A stretch of 64,000 bases of DNA. Source: Andalucia godoyi And28 (taxonomy: Eukaryota > Protista > Jakobida). A program made the position numbers and the translations under genes. Positions 10,186 through 20,455 of this stretch are shown piece by piece. Location of the stretch: the NCBI GenBank assembly GCA_009859145.1, contig VRVR01000049.1:62001-126000 (forward strand), given 5' to 3'. The stretch's first letter is position 1, and each line of letters opens with the position of its first letter. The notes beneath the pieces were generated by a model. That model was not told the origin of the DNA, did not search any database, and was given only the letters and a program-made list of their open reading frames with translations.

Positions 10186-12153
10186 ATGGAGGCGCAGTTG
10201 TTTGTGAATTTGCAGCTTCTTGGTCTTGATATTCGGAAAGCGTCGCAGGAATTAGGCACGCCGTTTCATGCGGACATGTTCTCAAAGACGTCCATTAAGG
10301 TGTTTGAAGCGGTACTCTACTTTTTGATGACAAAGGTGGACCCAAAGTCGTCGCAGGAGCTCCTGTCGCCCCATTACCCATGCATCGACAGAACGTACGG
10401 CCGCTCGTTTCGGAAAGGAGTGCTGGACATCGTCACGGCTTTGGAGAAGGACATGGTTCTGCCTCCTCACACGCTGCGTTCTTCGGATTTGCAATCGTGT
10501 GTTGGGAAGCGAATCGTGGTTGCGTTTTGGAGGCTATCTGTCTTGGCGCTTCAGAATGTCATCAGGCGCGACTTCGAGACTGATCTGTCACTGGGAATGC
10601 TGGCGGTCGCTCCGTCTCGGTTCTTTTCGGTGCTGGAAAAGTGCTCGACCGCTGCAATTCACTTGCGAATCCGCCAGGAAGTGACGCAGTTTCTTTCAAT
10701 GGCGTCCAGCATGGTGGACAACCAAAAGGTGTGGAGTGACGCATCGCAGAGATGGAACGTGCAGTACCGAGGATTGCAACAGCAATTGGTGAAGGAAATG
10801 GACGAGATCAAGTCGCAAACTACTCCATTCGATTCATCATCGCCGTCCTTGCACATTCCGGACTTGGAGGAGTTTGTATTTGAAGACTCTGCACAGCTGC
10901 GAGCTCTCATTTCGCGCCTGGATGCAGTGAAGAAGACTGTGAATGACATGTCTCTCAAACCGGAAGAAACGAATGTGCTTACTGCGGCGCTTGGGACCGA
11001 TCATGAATCAAGCGGTCCGCAAACTGATCCTTTGCCAACTGCGTCAGGAAACACGTCGCATCCGGCTTCCTCGTATACTGGCTCGCTGTCTGTGCTGCAC
11101 CCACTGTCCTCGACGCACGTGCTTTCGGAAGGAAGTGATCTGGCTTTGCTGATCAAGGACTACAGAGAGACAGTCTCTCCGTTGTTGAACACAATTGCTC
11201 CAATTGGCGGCTCGTCACCTGACAAGCAGGTTCGCCGCCTGTCAAGCCTGGAGACACGCGCTGATCAGCTGGATCGCGCCGCCGGTGTTGCGGCCGAAGA
11301 AGTCGAGAGACACGCTTCGTATCGGTCTGCAATGTCTTCCTTTCGAGACTCGCTGTCCGAGATGTGCGATAGCATCCAAAAAGAGGTGGAAGTTCTTCAG
11401 GGAAAGCTCGTCACAGCCACCGCCCAGCGATCCCCCATGACCACAAGCACATTTAAAAACGTCGCCCTGGGATCGGACAGCCATCTGTCCTTGCTGCCCC
11501 CTACTCCGGTTCGTACCGACGACGGCGCTTCGAGTCCTGCTTCGGAAACCCGAACTTACCACGGAACTTCGCGATCGTCGTATCAGGCGCCACTCTCAGT
11601 CGCACGGAGCAACCGGAGAGTCGTCAGTGCCGAAGAAATGGAGTTCGAGAAGAAAGATGCCGCTAGAGGCAGCCATTTGGAACTGCGCATTCTGGAATCC
11701 GTCCAACAGACTGTTGCGCAGAAAGCGGACCAAAAACACAACTATCATCGAGCCCAGGCGGAACATGTCGATCACCAACAATCGTCGTCGTATTCGGAGC
11801 CATCGCGCGCAGATCCAGTGTCATCTCTTCCTAAGCCTTCCGCGCTAGATTTGAGTGTCGGATTGAACTTTGAGTCCTCTGGCTCGTCGATCCCGCAAAT
11901 GTCTTCTGGTCGATATGGTCGAGCCGCATCCGGTTCCTCGGGTTCCACAGCATCTGCAAAATCAACTAGCTCGCGACCGCTAGCGGCATCGAATGCTAGA
12001 TCCTCCAGAAACCGTGCTCTAGAAGCCCTCGCCGAAGACATGTCCAACTCGGTCATCCGCAACGACCAGCACAATAGAGTTTCTGATGATCGTTTGTTTG
12101 AGGACGGGGACAACGCATTTCAGTCACATTCCCGAATCCTTCGATCTCCATGA
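10186..12153 (+). CDS. HAUS6: Augmin subunit HAUS6-like
   Basis: N-terminal pattern LFVNLQLLGLD...FEAVLYFLM...YPCIDR...SFRK...LQSCVGKRIVVAFWRLS resembles HAUS6_N; coiled coil and low-complexity tail follow. Confidence 0.75.
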   Translation: MEAQLFVNLQLLGLDIRKASQELGTPFHADMFSKTSIKVFEAVLYFLMTKVDPKSSQELLSPHYPCIDRTYGRSFRKGVLDIVTALEKDMVLPPHTLRSSDLQSCVGKRIVVAFWRLSVLALQNVIRRDFETDLSLGMLAVAPSRFFSVLEKCSTAAIHLRIRQEVTQFLSMASSMVDNQKVWSDASQRWNVQYRGLQQQLVKEMDEIKSQTTPFDSSSPSLHIPDLEEFVFEDSAQLRALISRLDAVKKTVNDMSLKPEETNVLTAALGTDHESSGPQTDPLPTASGNTSHPASSYTGSLSVLHPLSSTHVLSEGSDLALLIKDYRETVSPLLNTIAPIGGSSPDKQVRRLSSLETRADQLDRAAGVAAEEVERHASYRSAMSSFRDSLSEMCDSIQKEVEVLQGKLVTATAQRSPMTTSTFKNVALGSDSHLSLLPPTPVRTDDGASSPASETRTYHGTSRSSYQAPLSVARSNRRVVSAEEMEFEKKDAARGSHLELRILESVQQTVAQKADQKHNYHRAQAEHVDHQQSSSYSEPSRADPVSSLPKPSALDLSVGLNFESSGSSIPQMSSGRYGRAASGSSGSTASAKSTSSRPLAASNARSSRNRALEALAEDMSNSVIRNDQHNRVSDDRLFEDGDNAFQSHSRILRSP

Positions 12154-12246
12154 TTGTCGTCGAAATTTATTGTTTGCGTGACCGGGAGAAGATCGGCGAA
12201 AGAAAGTGGGGTGGAGGGGAGCCGGGCGCTGTTTTTCCCGAGCTCT

Positions 12247-13131
12247 TCAGCAATTTCCTTGCTGCATTCTCTTCATTTTGGCTCTTTGTTTTGGATTGGG
12301 TCTCTTTGCCGTTCGAACAGCCCCGCTGTCCCCCAGCTGCGTCAAGTCTCTGTAGATGGAGACTCTGTCAGCAGCCAGGTTCCCGTTCGTAATCATTGAT
12401 TTCCACCATTGGTAAACGGAGTCGGACTGTGACGGTGCATTCGCGTACCAAATCGAGAAAAAGGGCGATTCCGCATGACCGCGACCCGTCGGATGTGCGT
12501 ACTCGTACTTTCTATGCGGAACTGCGTAGAACGGAGCCTCTGATCTTGTCGGAAACGACGCTGTGTAATACTGCTTTGTTGCGACGTAATTAGGCATTAG
12601 CAGTGCCCATGGCTTCCCGGATGCCACACAGAACGACAATATCCTCTCCTTGTGATCTGCAGAATAGGGCGGGTTCGTCACGAGAATGTCGTAGTCGGGT
12701 ACGTTCTTGTTTTCAACATCCTTGTAAAAGTCGCGTTTTTCATGAATCACGCGTTCATATCCAAGTTTTCTCCACGACTGCTTGACCGCCCCCTTGCAGT
12801 AAAACGGGTCATACAGCACAAGACTCCTTTTCGATTTGTTCTGCTTTCGAGCAACCCATGTGAGAAACGGTTCGATGTCCTCAATCGCTTCCTGCGACGT
12901 TTCAAAATGGTCATTAAAATCCACGTCGAAAGGCCATTCCTGCTCATCATACTCTTTGTTCACCTCAGCGGACCCGGACCCGGACCCGGACCCAGACCCA
13001 GACCCAGATCGCGACGCCGAAGAACAAGAGTTCAGACTCCTTCCCACAAAACCTGGTTGATCCAAAGTCGCTTCAGACTGCGAGATCTCATTGAAACTCC
13101 TCTTCTTCTTTCGCTCGTCGCTCAACAACAT
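12247..13131 (-). CDS. Dam-like amino-methyltransferase (NPPY motif)
   Basis: DHFET, LYDPFYCKG (motif I-like), RDFY, YDILVTNPPY (motif IV), GKPWALLMP; first in-frame ATG at 13131. Confidence 0.7.
   Translation of the reverse strand: MLLSDERKKKRSFNEISQSEATLDQPGFVGRSLNSCSSASRSGSGSGSGSGSGSAEVNKEYDEQEWPFDVDFNDHFETSQEAIEDIEPFLTWVARKQNKSKRSLVLYDPFYCKGAVKQSWRKLGYERVIHEKRDFYKDVENKNVPDYDILVTNPPYSADHKERILSFCVASGKPWALLMPNYVATKQYYTASFPTRSEAPFYAVPHRKYEYAHPTGRGHAESPFFSIWYANAPSQSDSVYQWWKSMITNGNLAADRVSIYRDLTQLGDSGAVRTAKRPNPKQRAKMKRMQQGNC
12970..13008. repeat. (GGACCC)4(AGACCC)2 coding hexamer repeat (Gly-Ser tract)
   Basis: Read directly; encodes GSGSGS on the minus strand. Confidence 0.9.
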
Positions 13132-13466
13132 CTCTATTCTCCTCCTTGCCGTACCATCAGCAACGTAGGCATGCACAATGGTATTGTAAAGGTGAAACAG
13201 CCTTTCTGTGAACTCGGCAGCCAGCTTTCAACGGTTTTCCTGCAACTTGAGTTCGTACACGACTGCGAGCACTCATGAAAGATTGAAAATGTCTGGTTCT
13301 GCCGGACATTTCACGCCTCCCGTTCTTGGAATCCCTGCATTGATTTAGACAAATGGGTGTGCCCTTAGCTTGAAAGGCCGAAAATCCCCGTTCTTCGATC
13401 AGTCTGTTTGTTTGTTTGTTGCTGTTTCCCTCCGTCGTGGAATCCACGCAAGGACAGCACAATGAG

Positions 13467-14852
13467 ATGACGACGTACAATGTCACGCCTCGTGCATATA
13501 CCCCAAAAATAATACGACCTTCGACGTCCTTGCCTTATGCCGGTGTGTCGAATCTGCACATGTTTTCATGGGCGCAAGGAGAAGTGACATCGCTGCGCTC
13601 GATGCTTGTTCGAACACCCTCCTCCGGTGCTTCGCAGTCCGCCATTCGAATGGCCTCGGCAGGAAAGTCTGCAGTGCTGGCTTCTACTGCTCAATCAACG
13701 TCTGGGCTGTCGGCGCTGTCTCCAAGAACATCGGATGACGATCGGAACAGCGGTCCGCGAAACAGCTCTCTTGCCTTCTTTTTCGAGTCTCGCGGCTACC
13801 GGTCGCATGTCATACAGTCTGTCATGTCCCGCCTTGTTGCGTATTTTTCCGTTTATTACTCCAGGATAACTCCGCGGGATTTTGTTCAGCTGCGTGCCGC
13901 CATGCTGCATTGTTTGGAATCCGAGAATGTGTTTGCCTTATCGAGACTAAAGATGGTTCAGACGGCAAAGGAGGAATGGGCAAGGTTCTTTTCCTTGGAA
14001 ACAAATTCAATCACGGTCACTCAGTTTGTGCAGCAGTACTTGCTTGTGTTTGCCCTTCAAAATGCAATTCGTAAGGATTCTTCCACTGTTGCGTTTGTGC
14101 TGGAAACTGTGTTGGAGTCATTTCGAACGGGAGCTGCGAAGGACATTGTTCCTCGCAAAAAGGTTGTACAAATTGGAGGTCCTCGTACTGCAGCGGCGTG
14201 CACATCCTCGGATCCCGCCCTCCCTCCGCCAACCGCAGAGACGCTGGCGTCAGCGTCCCTTGCCGAGTCGCCGGCTGCCGAGCCTGACGAGGTGGCAGGA
14301 GGTCCGACGTCGGATGCACGTTTTGATGATCAGTGGAGTGACGGCTCTTTCGAAGAGATCATGGATATGGATCTCGAAAACACAGATGATGTGCTGAGTC
14401 GCTCGGCCGACGAAAAAGGGCGTAAGAGTCCAGCGCTGACGAATGCCTCTCCGTTCCGGACGGCCCCTCTCAAGTTTCCTGCCAGTGCTTTGGAATTGCC
14501 AAGCGGCGGCAGTGACACCAGGACTGGCCCGTTGATTCCGAAGCTACGAATTCCCACTATGCCACCAACCTTCAAATCAATGAGTCCCAGGACTGCTACG
14601 TTGGAGGCTACCGGAACCCCCAAGGAAAGACTCGGATCTGAGAGCAATCCTCCTCCCAGGTCTGAGGTTCGCGAGATCGTACAAAACACCGCGCTTTTGG
14701 CTTCTCTGATCGCGAAGTCGCTGATAAAGAAACCTGCTGCAAACTTGCAGGCAGGAGAAAATACCACCAGTCGATCGCAGGTAGGATTGCAGACGATTGC
14801 CGATCGTGCAGTCCGTGCAATGACCCCACGCATGCGAACCGGAAGGATCTGA
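13467..14852 (+). CDS. Hypothetical protein
   Basis: Long ORF with first ATG at 13467; helical middle and a Pro/Ser-rich C-terminal half; no family recognised. Confidence 0.7.
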   Translation: MTTYNVTPRAYTPKIIRPSTSLPYAGVSNLHMFSWAQGEVTSLRSMLVRTPSSGASQSAIRMASAGKSAVLASTAQSTSGLSALSPRTSDDDRNSGPRNSSLAFFFESRGYRSHVIQSVMSRLVAYFSVYYSRITPRDFVQLRAAMLHCLESENVFALSRLKMVQTAKEEWARFFSLETNSITVTQFVQQYLLVFALQNAIRKDSSTVAFVLETVLESFRTGAAKDIVPRKKVVQIGGPRTAAACTSSDPALPPPTAETLASASLAESPAAEPDEVAGGPTSDARFDDQWSDGSFEEIMDMDLENTDDVLSRSADEKGRKSPALTNASPFRTAPLKFPASALELPSGGSDTRTGPLIPKLRIPTMPPTFKSMSPRTATLEATGTPKERLGSESNPPPRSEVREIVQNTALLASLIAKSLIKKPAANLQAGENTTSRSQVGLQTIADRAVRAMTPRMRTGRI

Positions 14853-15054
14853 CGATTGATTGACGACGACACAGTGTTCGTCCCAGTGTTTATTTCCGAG
14901 CTCCTGGGTTTGCTGACTTTTCGGTTTCTGCTTTGTTCACATTCTTTTCGCTTCGTCGAACTCTATTTGATTTGAAGGGAGGCATATTGATTAAAACAAT
15001 CGTTGAAAACAGGTTGCTTTTCTGACCATCTTCGGCTCCATGCTGTTTTTATGT

Positions 15055-15651
15055 TTACAAGTATAGCGGGTTAGCTGGAGCTTGCATATTGGAGACTCCC
15101 ATGCAGAGGTACGGCTCCAGCACAGTGGCATCCGATCCCACCAAAACGAAAACCTGAGCATCTATTCTCTTGTCATGAAGCAACCCAGCGGCGAGACCGG
15201 TTAGCAGATTTGGAGATGCAAACTTTGGAATCCGCGCATCAGGGGTTCTTGAAAGCTGGAAGACTGTCGACTGCTCCCAAAGCTGGGTATCCGAAAGATA
15301 CTCTTGCGGTGCGACCTGTGAAATTACCTTGACATGCTGCGAGACGGACACCAGCACTGCTTGAACTTCGTATAGTCTCTCGAAAGGAATATCGTGCGGA
15401 ACCACAGCAATGGCAAAGTCCTTGTCGGCTGATCCGTACACTGTGACGAACGGAGCGATTTCGCCAACACGCTTGAGCTTATGTACTTGAATGCACAGCT
15501 GTGCAAAGAGCTGCTGCGGACCACGGAGAAACACCAACAGATTGCGAAACACCTTGTCTTTTGGAAGAGTCACGACCGGTTTCGGACACGAAAGATCTTC
15601 TTGGGCAAACGTGTGGCGCCCTTCATTGCTCGGAGCAACGGTCGAACCCAG

Positions 15652-15657
<6 letters not shown>
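15055..15657 (-). CDS. PSMG1: Proteasome assembly chaperone 1-like
   Basis: PKFASPNLLTGLAAGLL resembles the PAC1 PxLExPNxxxxLPAAVL segment; C-terminal LYL HbYX-type motif; ATG at 15657 after a microsatellite leader. Confidence 0.6.
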
Positions 15658-15660
<3 letters not shown>

Positions 15661-15689
<29 letters not shown>

Positions 15690-15780
15690 GTGTGTGGTGT
15701 GTGCAGGAATGCGTTTCTGAGAGAGAGAGACACACACACAGAGAGAGAGAGAGAAGAGAAAGGAGAGAGAAGAGAAAGGA
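15661..15780. repeat. Compound (GT)n/(GA)n microsatellite upstream of the PSMG1-like ATG
   Basis: Read directly. Confidence 0.9.
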
Positions 15781-16492
15781 GGGAAAAAACGTGTGGGAAT
15801 CCTTGGGCTTGATCGTAGTCTTGGTCAAGTTGACTTGCGAATTGAGAGATTCTGACGCGCGGTCACTTTTTTCCCGGGTGACTTTGGGATTTGGACTTTG
15901 AACTGTCGTCCAACGTACGGCAGAACAGTCTTCAGGACTGCTATGGTATGGTTTTTTTAATTTTGCATTTCGTGGCCTTGCGAGTGCTGCAGCTCATCCT
16001 ATGACATCCCAGCTTTTCTGTCGTGGGATGCTGGGTCACCAACGGGCACCGCACTGGAACTTCCAGCGTGTCCGATCCTGGTTCTCTGCATTTGTCCGTC
16101 AGTCAAGATGCTGAGCTGGGGATCCCTTTTCACTTCCGCCAGAGATTGCTGCACAAGAATACGGACTACAGAGTATGCAGCTCTACAAGTAAAGATCACG
16201 TTGGCGGAGTATCCGTCCAAGACATGCGGTCTTATGTGCGGGAATGATTATCCGAACTGGAGCGGGTGCAAGGTGTGCTTCGCAGACGCACATATGCAGC
16301 CCACAGAGCGGCATTCACCTACAAAACGGACGCTGCGACCTCCAGGTGACATTATGAAGCCTTTCCCATAAGCGGTGCATGTCTACTGAAATTTCGACTT
16401 CTGCGCAACACTGCGAACAGTGCGGACGCGAAGTTCCAATAATCCGCCTGCCCAGGAATACGGGGGCCTGGTTCCAGCTGCTGTAGAACGGA

Positions 16493-16520
16493 GCGGGAAA
16501 GATTAAAAATTCCCGCCAAA
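16493..16520. promoter_or_regulatory. Paired E2F-like sites upstream of SMC6
   Basis: GCGGGAAA (16493-16500, the reverse complement of TTTCCCGC) and ATTCCCGCCAAA (16509-16520), about 170 bp before the ATG. Confidence 0.4.
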
Positions 16521-16684
16521 AGGGAAAAAGGGGTTTCCTCTTCAATGGGCCAATTCCAAGTCTTCCGAGTTAAAGCATTTTACGAGTCTCGGAATTTTCT
16601 TTTCTTCTTGTTTTTCGCTTCTTTTCTACAGTACATTCTCTGTGTGCTTGTGCTTGGCATTACTTGGATATCTGGAAAGAGGGA

Positions 16685-19600
16685 ATGCCGCCCCGAAAAC
16701 GTGTTCTTCATGAAGAGGACGAGGGAAAGGATGAAGAAGCAGTGCTTGGCGGTGACGACATCGCCTCTCCTGTGCCGAAGAAGCTGAAGCTGACGCGCAC
16801 TACTTCGTCGAAACGTAGAAAGAATGAAAATGATGGTGACGATGACGAGAGTGATTCCGGGTCGCCGGATGCTGCTGCCCCGGCTGAGGCAGACATGGCA
16901 GACCGACCTGTAGAGTTTATCCATGGCGAGTCCGCGCATTCGAGTGAACATGAAGACGGGGAGGCGGATGATGATGATGATGATGATGATGCAGAGGTTA
17001 GAGGAATTAATGAAAAAGAAGACTCGGACGAGGATTCTGATGACGGCATTCCGGCTGGTGCCCAAGTGTTTGGGAAGGTTGCCGGCCGTATATTCATGAT
17101 TCATGCGATTAATTTTTTGTGCCATGACAACCTGAAAATCGAATTTTGTCCGTGGCTGAACGTCATCAATGGGCAAAATGGATCTGGAAAGTCGGCGATT
17201 GTAGCAGCGCTCCAAATTTGCCTTGGTGCGTCGTCTCGCATCGTGGAACGTGGTGCTTCGGTATCGAATATGATCAAGCACGGAAGCGATTCTGCCTCCG
17301 TCAGTGTTGTACTTTTGAATCGAGGACTTTACGCGTATCGCCGCAAGGACTATGGCCCCTTGATCCGGGTGACGAGACTGATCCGTCGGACGGGAGCTCC
17401 GCAATACAAGCTGTACAATCATCTGACGAACCGTGTCATTTCTGAGAAGAAGAGAGATCTTGAGAAGATTCTGCGGAGACACAACATCCAGATCGACAAT
17501 CCGGCGCATGTCATCACACAGGAGCAGTCCAAGAAGTTTCTCGGAGGAACTTCCGCCAAAGACAGATACAAGTTCTTTTTGGAGGGAACTCAACTGGCTG
17601 CAATTCGACGTGACATTGTCACTATTTCAGACACGCTTTCGCAGTTTGACGAATTTCGCCAAGTTGCACGGAATGATTATGAACAAGCAAAGAAGGTCCT
17701 GGCAGACGTGACTGCAGAGTACAATCGATCCAGGACAGTTCGCGACTTGCTGAGACGAAAGTTGGAGCTGAGCATCGAATTTACTGCGGCGAACCGCCGG
17801 GAGAAGGCTGAGGAGGTCATGAAAGCCGAAATGATCGTGTCTGAAATTCGTGCTGTCATCGAAGAGAAAAGTGCCAAAAAGCGCGCAGATGAAGAGGAGG
17901 CGCAGAGGCTGGACGAAGAGCTTCGACGGTACGCGAATCAATCCTCCGCGTCCATGCAAGAACACCGAAGGATCGGATCCGATCTCGACCAGACGCACCA
18001 GAGTATGAACGTTCTTGACCGGAGGATTGCAACCATCGAGCGTCAGAAAAAAAGCGCACAGAGAGAAATCGATGCCCACAACGAAAATCTCAGACAGTTT
18101 GAACAAAGAGCGAGAGAGCAAGCACAACAGCAAAATGAAGAGGGTGAACGAAGACGTCAGGCATGCCAAAGGCGTATTGATGAGGCCAAGTTGAATCTTG
18201 CTTCGGCAGAGCAGGCTGTGCGGGAACATAAAGAGATCGTGGCCGGTCACCGGGAGAGACTGGAACAAGCTCGCGATGATTCTCCTCTCAATTCGATTGA
18301 TTGCCAGATCCGGGAAAAGGAAGCCGAGGTGAACAGACTGGAAGGGCAGCTTCGAGATCTTCAAAACTCAGTTCCAGACAGATTGCGACTTGTCGGCGGA
18401 AGATTACTGGCGACAGCTTGTGGAACAATCGCCCGCAACTTGCAAAGGTTTCGTCAGCCTCCTATCGGTCCAATTGGATTCTTTCTCGAATGCGATCGGC
18501 CGTGGAGCGATGTGTTCCAAAAGATGATGAGCAATCTCAATACTGGCTGGATTGTCTCGTGTTTCCAGGATGAAAAGTTACTCAGAGACTTCCTCGGCAA
18601 CAGCGCTCCGAAAAATCTTGTGGTAATTGTTGCCAATTTTCGAGACCGAGAGTACAATTACGCAGATGTTCAACATCCGACGTTCAAGTCGGTGATACGG
18701 TTTCTCGAAAACTCGCTCCGGGAACATCCCTTCCGATACGAAAATAGAATGGTCGTCGAGTCTACGATCATGAATGTGCTCATGGACTTCAGGCATCCTG
18801 AACGATCGCTCATTTGTGAATCGGAAGAGGAAGCAAAGGACATCATTTATCGTCGTCAGCCGAAGAATGTTGTGGACGCTTGGTTGCCCAACATGTCGAA
18901 AATTGTAATGAAAGGAAGATCTGAGGGTGTGCAGACATCACACTTCGACAACAAATTTGATCGTTACTATGGAAGACGGTCAATACAGGAAGATGTTCAG
19001 GAGAAGCGGGCTGCGATATCCGCCATTAAACAGGAGATCACTCGTTTGAATGAGAATAAGCAGGAAGTTCAGCAGAGGCTAGATGTGCTTCGACGAGCAC
19101 TGACGGAGGCTGAATCACGTGAAGCCGAACTTCGCCGACCTTTGGTCCCATTACGAACACGCATTCAAAATCTGGAGCGTGAGCTTCGGGATGTTGATGC
19201 AGAGATGTCCTCAGGACAAGATTCTGATCAGCTCATTGCTGCTGAACAAGAGGAAATCAATGTGCAACAGACTACTCTTGCACGGCTTAGGCAAGAAGAA
19301 GCGACTGTCAATTCTTCCAGAACGCTGCTTGCAGAACAACGAGAGGCTCTGAAAACAAGATTTGATCAGATCGGAGAAGCAAATTCGTCGGTTGTTGCTC
19401 GAATGGAGCAGCTATCTGCCGAAGTTGCCAAAGTCACTGCCGAAGTCGCAGCCATGACGAGAGTTCTTGATACTGCCGGGAAAGCGTTGGCCGAGAAGGA
19501 AAAGATCGTTCTGGAAGGACGCCGCAGAATTGAGGAATACAATGATTCTTTAAGCACCTCGCAAACGGCAGAGGTATCAGAGGAAGTCTTGCATACAGAG

Positions 19601-20302
19601 AGGTCGCCTGCTGTCGTCGAACGGGAACTGAAGGTGACTGCGCAGCGATTCCAGGAAGCGCAGAGGCAAACGGGTGCTGTGGATATCCAGATGATCATGA
19701 GTGCGATGGAGGGGGCGCAAGCAGAGTACGCGCGTATCAAGTCTGTGCTGGAGAAGCTTGATCGCGAAATGGGAGAAATCCGGAATTCGATCGATAGCCG
19801 AAAGAACAAGTACAAGAAGCTGCAGCAAGGCAGTGTTGCCACAATGCGGCTTGACTTTCCAACGCTCCTCAGTTTCCGTAACTACACTGGGCAGCTCAAT
19901 TTTGACCACGAGAAGGAGGAACTCGACATTGTTGTGCACATGCACTCTGTTCGGCGATCGATTTCTGGAGAAGACAAGTCAAAGGGCGACACAGCCACAT
20001 TGTCCGGCGGCGAAAAGTCGTTTTCCATGGTATGCTTTTTGCTGTCCATGTGGAAGACTTGCCATGCTCCATTCCATGTCGCGGATGAATTTGACGTGTT
20101 TATGGATCAGGTCAACCGTCGCGTAAGCTGCGAGCTGATGTCGCAGTTTGCTGCAGAAAGCCACCAGTTGCAGCTCATTTTGGTGACTCCGGATGACATC
20201 AGCTACTTTAGAGAGGACAAGACAATGAAGAAGTTCTTTCTCAAAGCCCCTCGAGAGGCGAATCAGCAGTCTCTTGATGGCTTGTTACGGCGGCGCTCTT
20301 AA
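16685..20302 (+). CDS. SMC6: Structural maintenance of chromosomes protein 6
   Basis: NFLCH, Walker A GQNGSGKS, long coiled coils with hinge, signature LSGGEKS, Walker B ADEFDVFMD; first ATG at 16685. Confidence 0.95.
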   Translation: MPPRKRVLHEEDEGKDEEAVLGGDDIASPVPKKLKLTRTTSSKRRKNENDGDDDESDSGSPDAAAPAEADMADRPVEFIHGESAHSSEHEDGEADDDDDDDDAEVRGINEKEDSDEDSDDGIPAGAQVFGKVAGRIFMIHAINFLCHDNLKIEFCPWLNVINGQNGSGKSAIVAALQICLGASSRIVERGASVSNMIKHGSDSASVSVVLLNRGLYAYRRKDYGPLIRVTRLIRRTGAPQYKLYNHLTNRVISEKKRDLEKILRRHNIQIDNPAHVITQEQSKKFLGGTSAKDRYKFFLEGTQLAAIRRDIVTISDTLSQFDEFRQVARNDYEQAKKVLADVTAEYNRSRTVRDLLRRKLELSIEFTAANRREKAEEVMKAEMIVSEIRAVIEEKSAKKRADEEEAQRLDEELRRYANQSSASMQEHRRIGSDLDQTHQSMNVLDRRIATIERQKKSAQREIDAHNENLRQFEQRAREQAQQQNEEGERRRQACQRRIDEAKLNLASAEQAVREHKEIVAGHRERLEQARDDSPLNSIDCQIREKEAEVNRLEGQLRDLQNSVPDRLRLVGGRLLATACGTIARNLQRFRQPPIGPIGFFLECDRPWSDVFQKMMSNLNTGWIVSCFQDEKLLRDFLGNSAPKNLVVIVANFRDREYNYADVQHPTFKSVIRFLENSLREHPFRYENRMVVESTIMNVLMDFRHPERSLICESEEEAKDIIYRRQPKNVVDAWLPNMSKIVMKGRSEGVQTSHFDNKFDRYYGRRSIQEDVQEKRAAISAIKQEITRLNENKQEVQQRLDVLRRALTEAESREAELRRPLVPLRTRIQNLERELRDVDAEMSSGQDSDQLIAAEQEEINVQQTTLARLRQEEATVNSSRTLLAEQREALKTRFDQIGEANSSVVARMEQLSAEVAKVTAEVAAMTRVLDTAGKALAEKEKIVLEGRRRIEEYNDSLSTSQTAEVSEEVLHTERSPAVVERELKVTAQRFQEAQRQTGAVDIQMIMSAMEGAQAEYARIKSVLEKLDREMGEIRNSIDSRKNKYKKLQQGSVATMRLDFPTLLSFRNYTGQLNFDHEKEELDIVVHMHSVRRSISGEDKSKGDTATLSGGEKSFSMVCFLLSMWKTCHAPFHVADEFDVFMDQVNRRVSCELMSQFAAESHQLQLILVTPDDISYFREDKTMKKFFLKAPREANQQSLDGLLRRRS

Positions 20303-20455
20303 GCCTCCTTCCCGTTTGTTGTGCTCGTTCGCGGTTTGCACTGCTGCTGCCTTTCTTTTCTCTTTCTTTCATTTGAAGTTTTTTAACAGAGTGGTTTGGT
20401 CAGCAGCAAAAAGGATAAACTTTAAAAAATGAAGAAAAACAGAAGGACGGTGCGT

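Noticed and set aside
15943-15992. ATG|GTATGG...TGCAG mini-intron starting a gene
   Set aside because: Splicing gives M-L-I-L-stop, and the other phases lack an upstream ATG
16580-17593. 337-aa minus-strand ORF and many other overlapping ORFs in the track
   Set aside because: They are antisense or out-of-frame shadows of well-supported genes (here SMC6) and have no recognisable motifs
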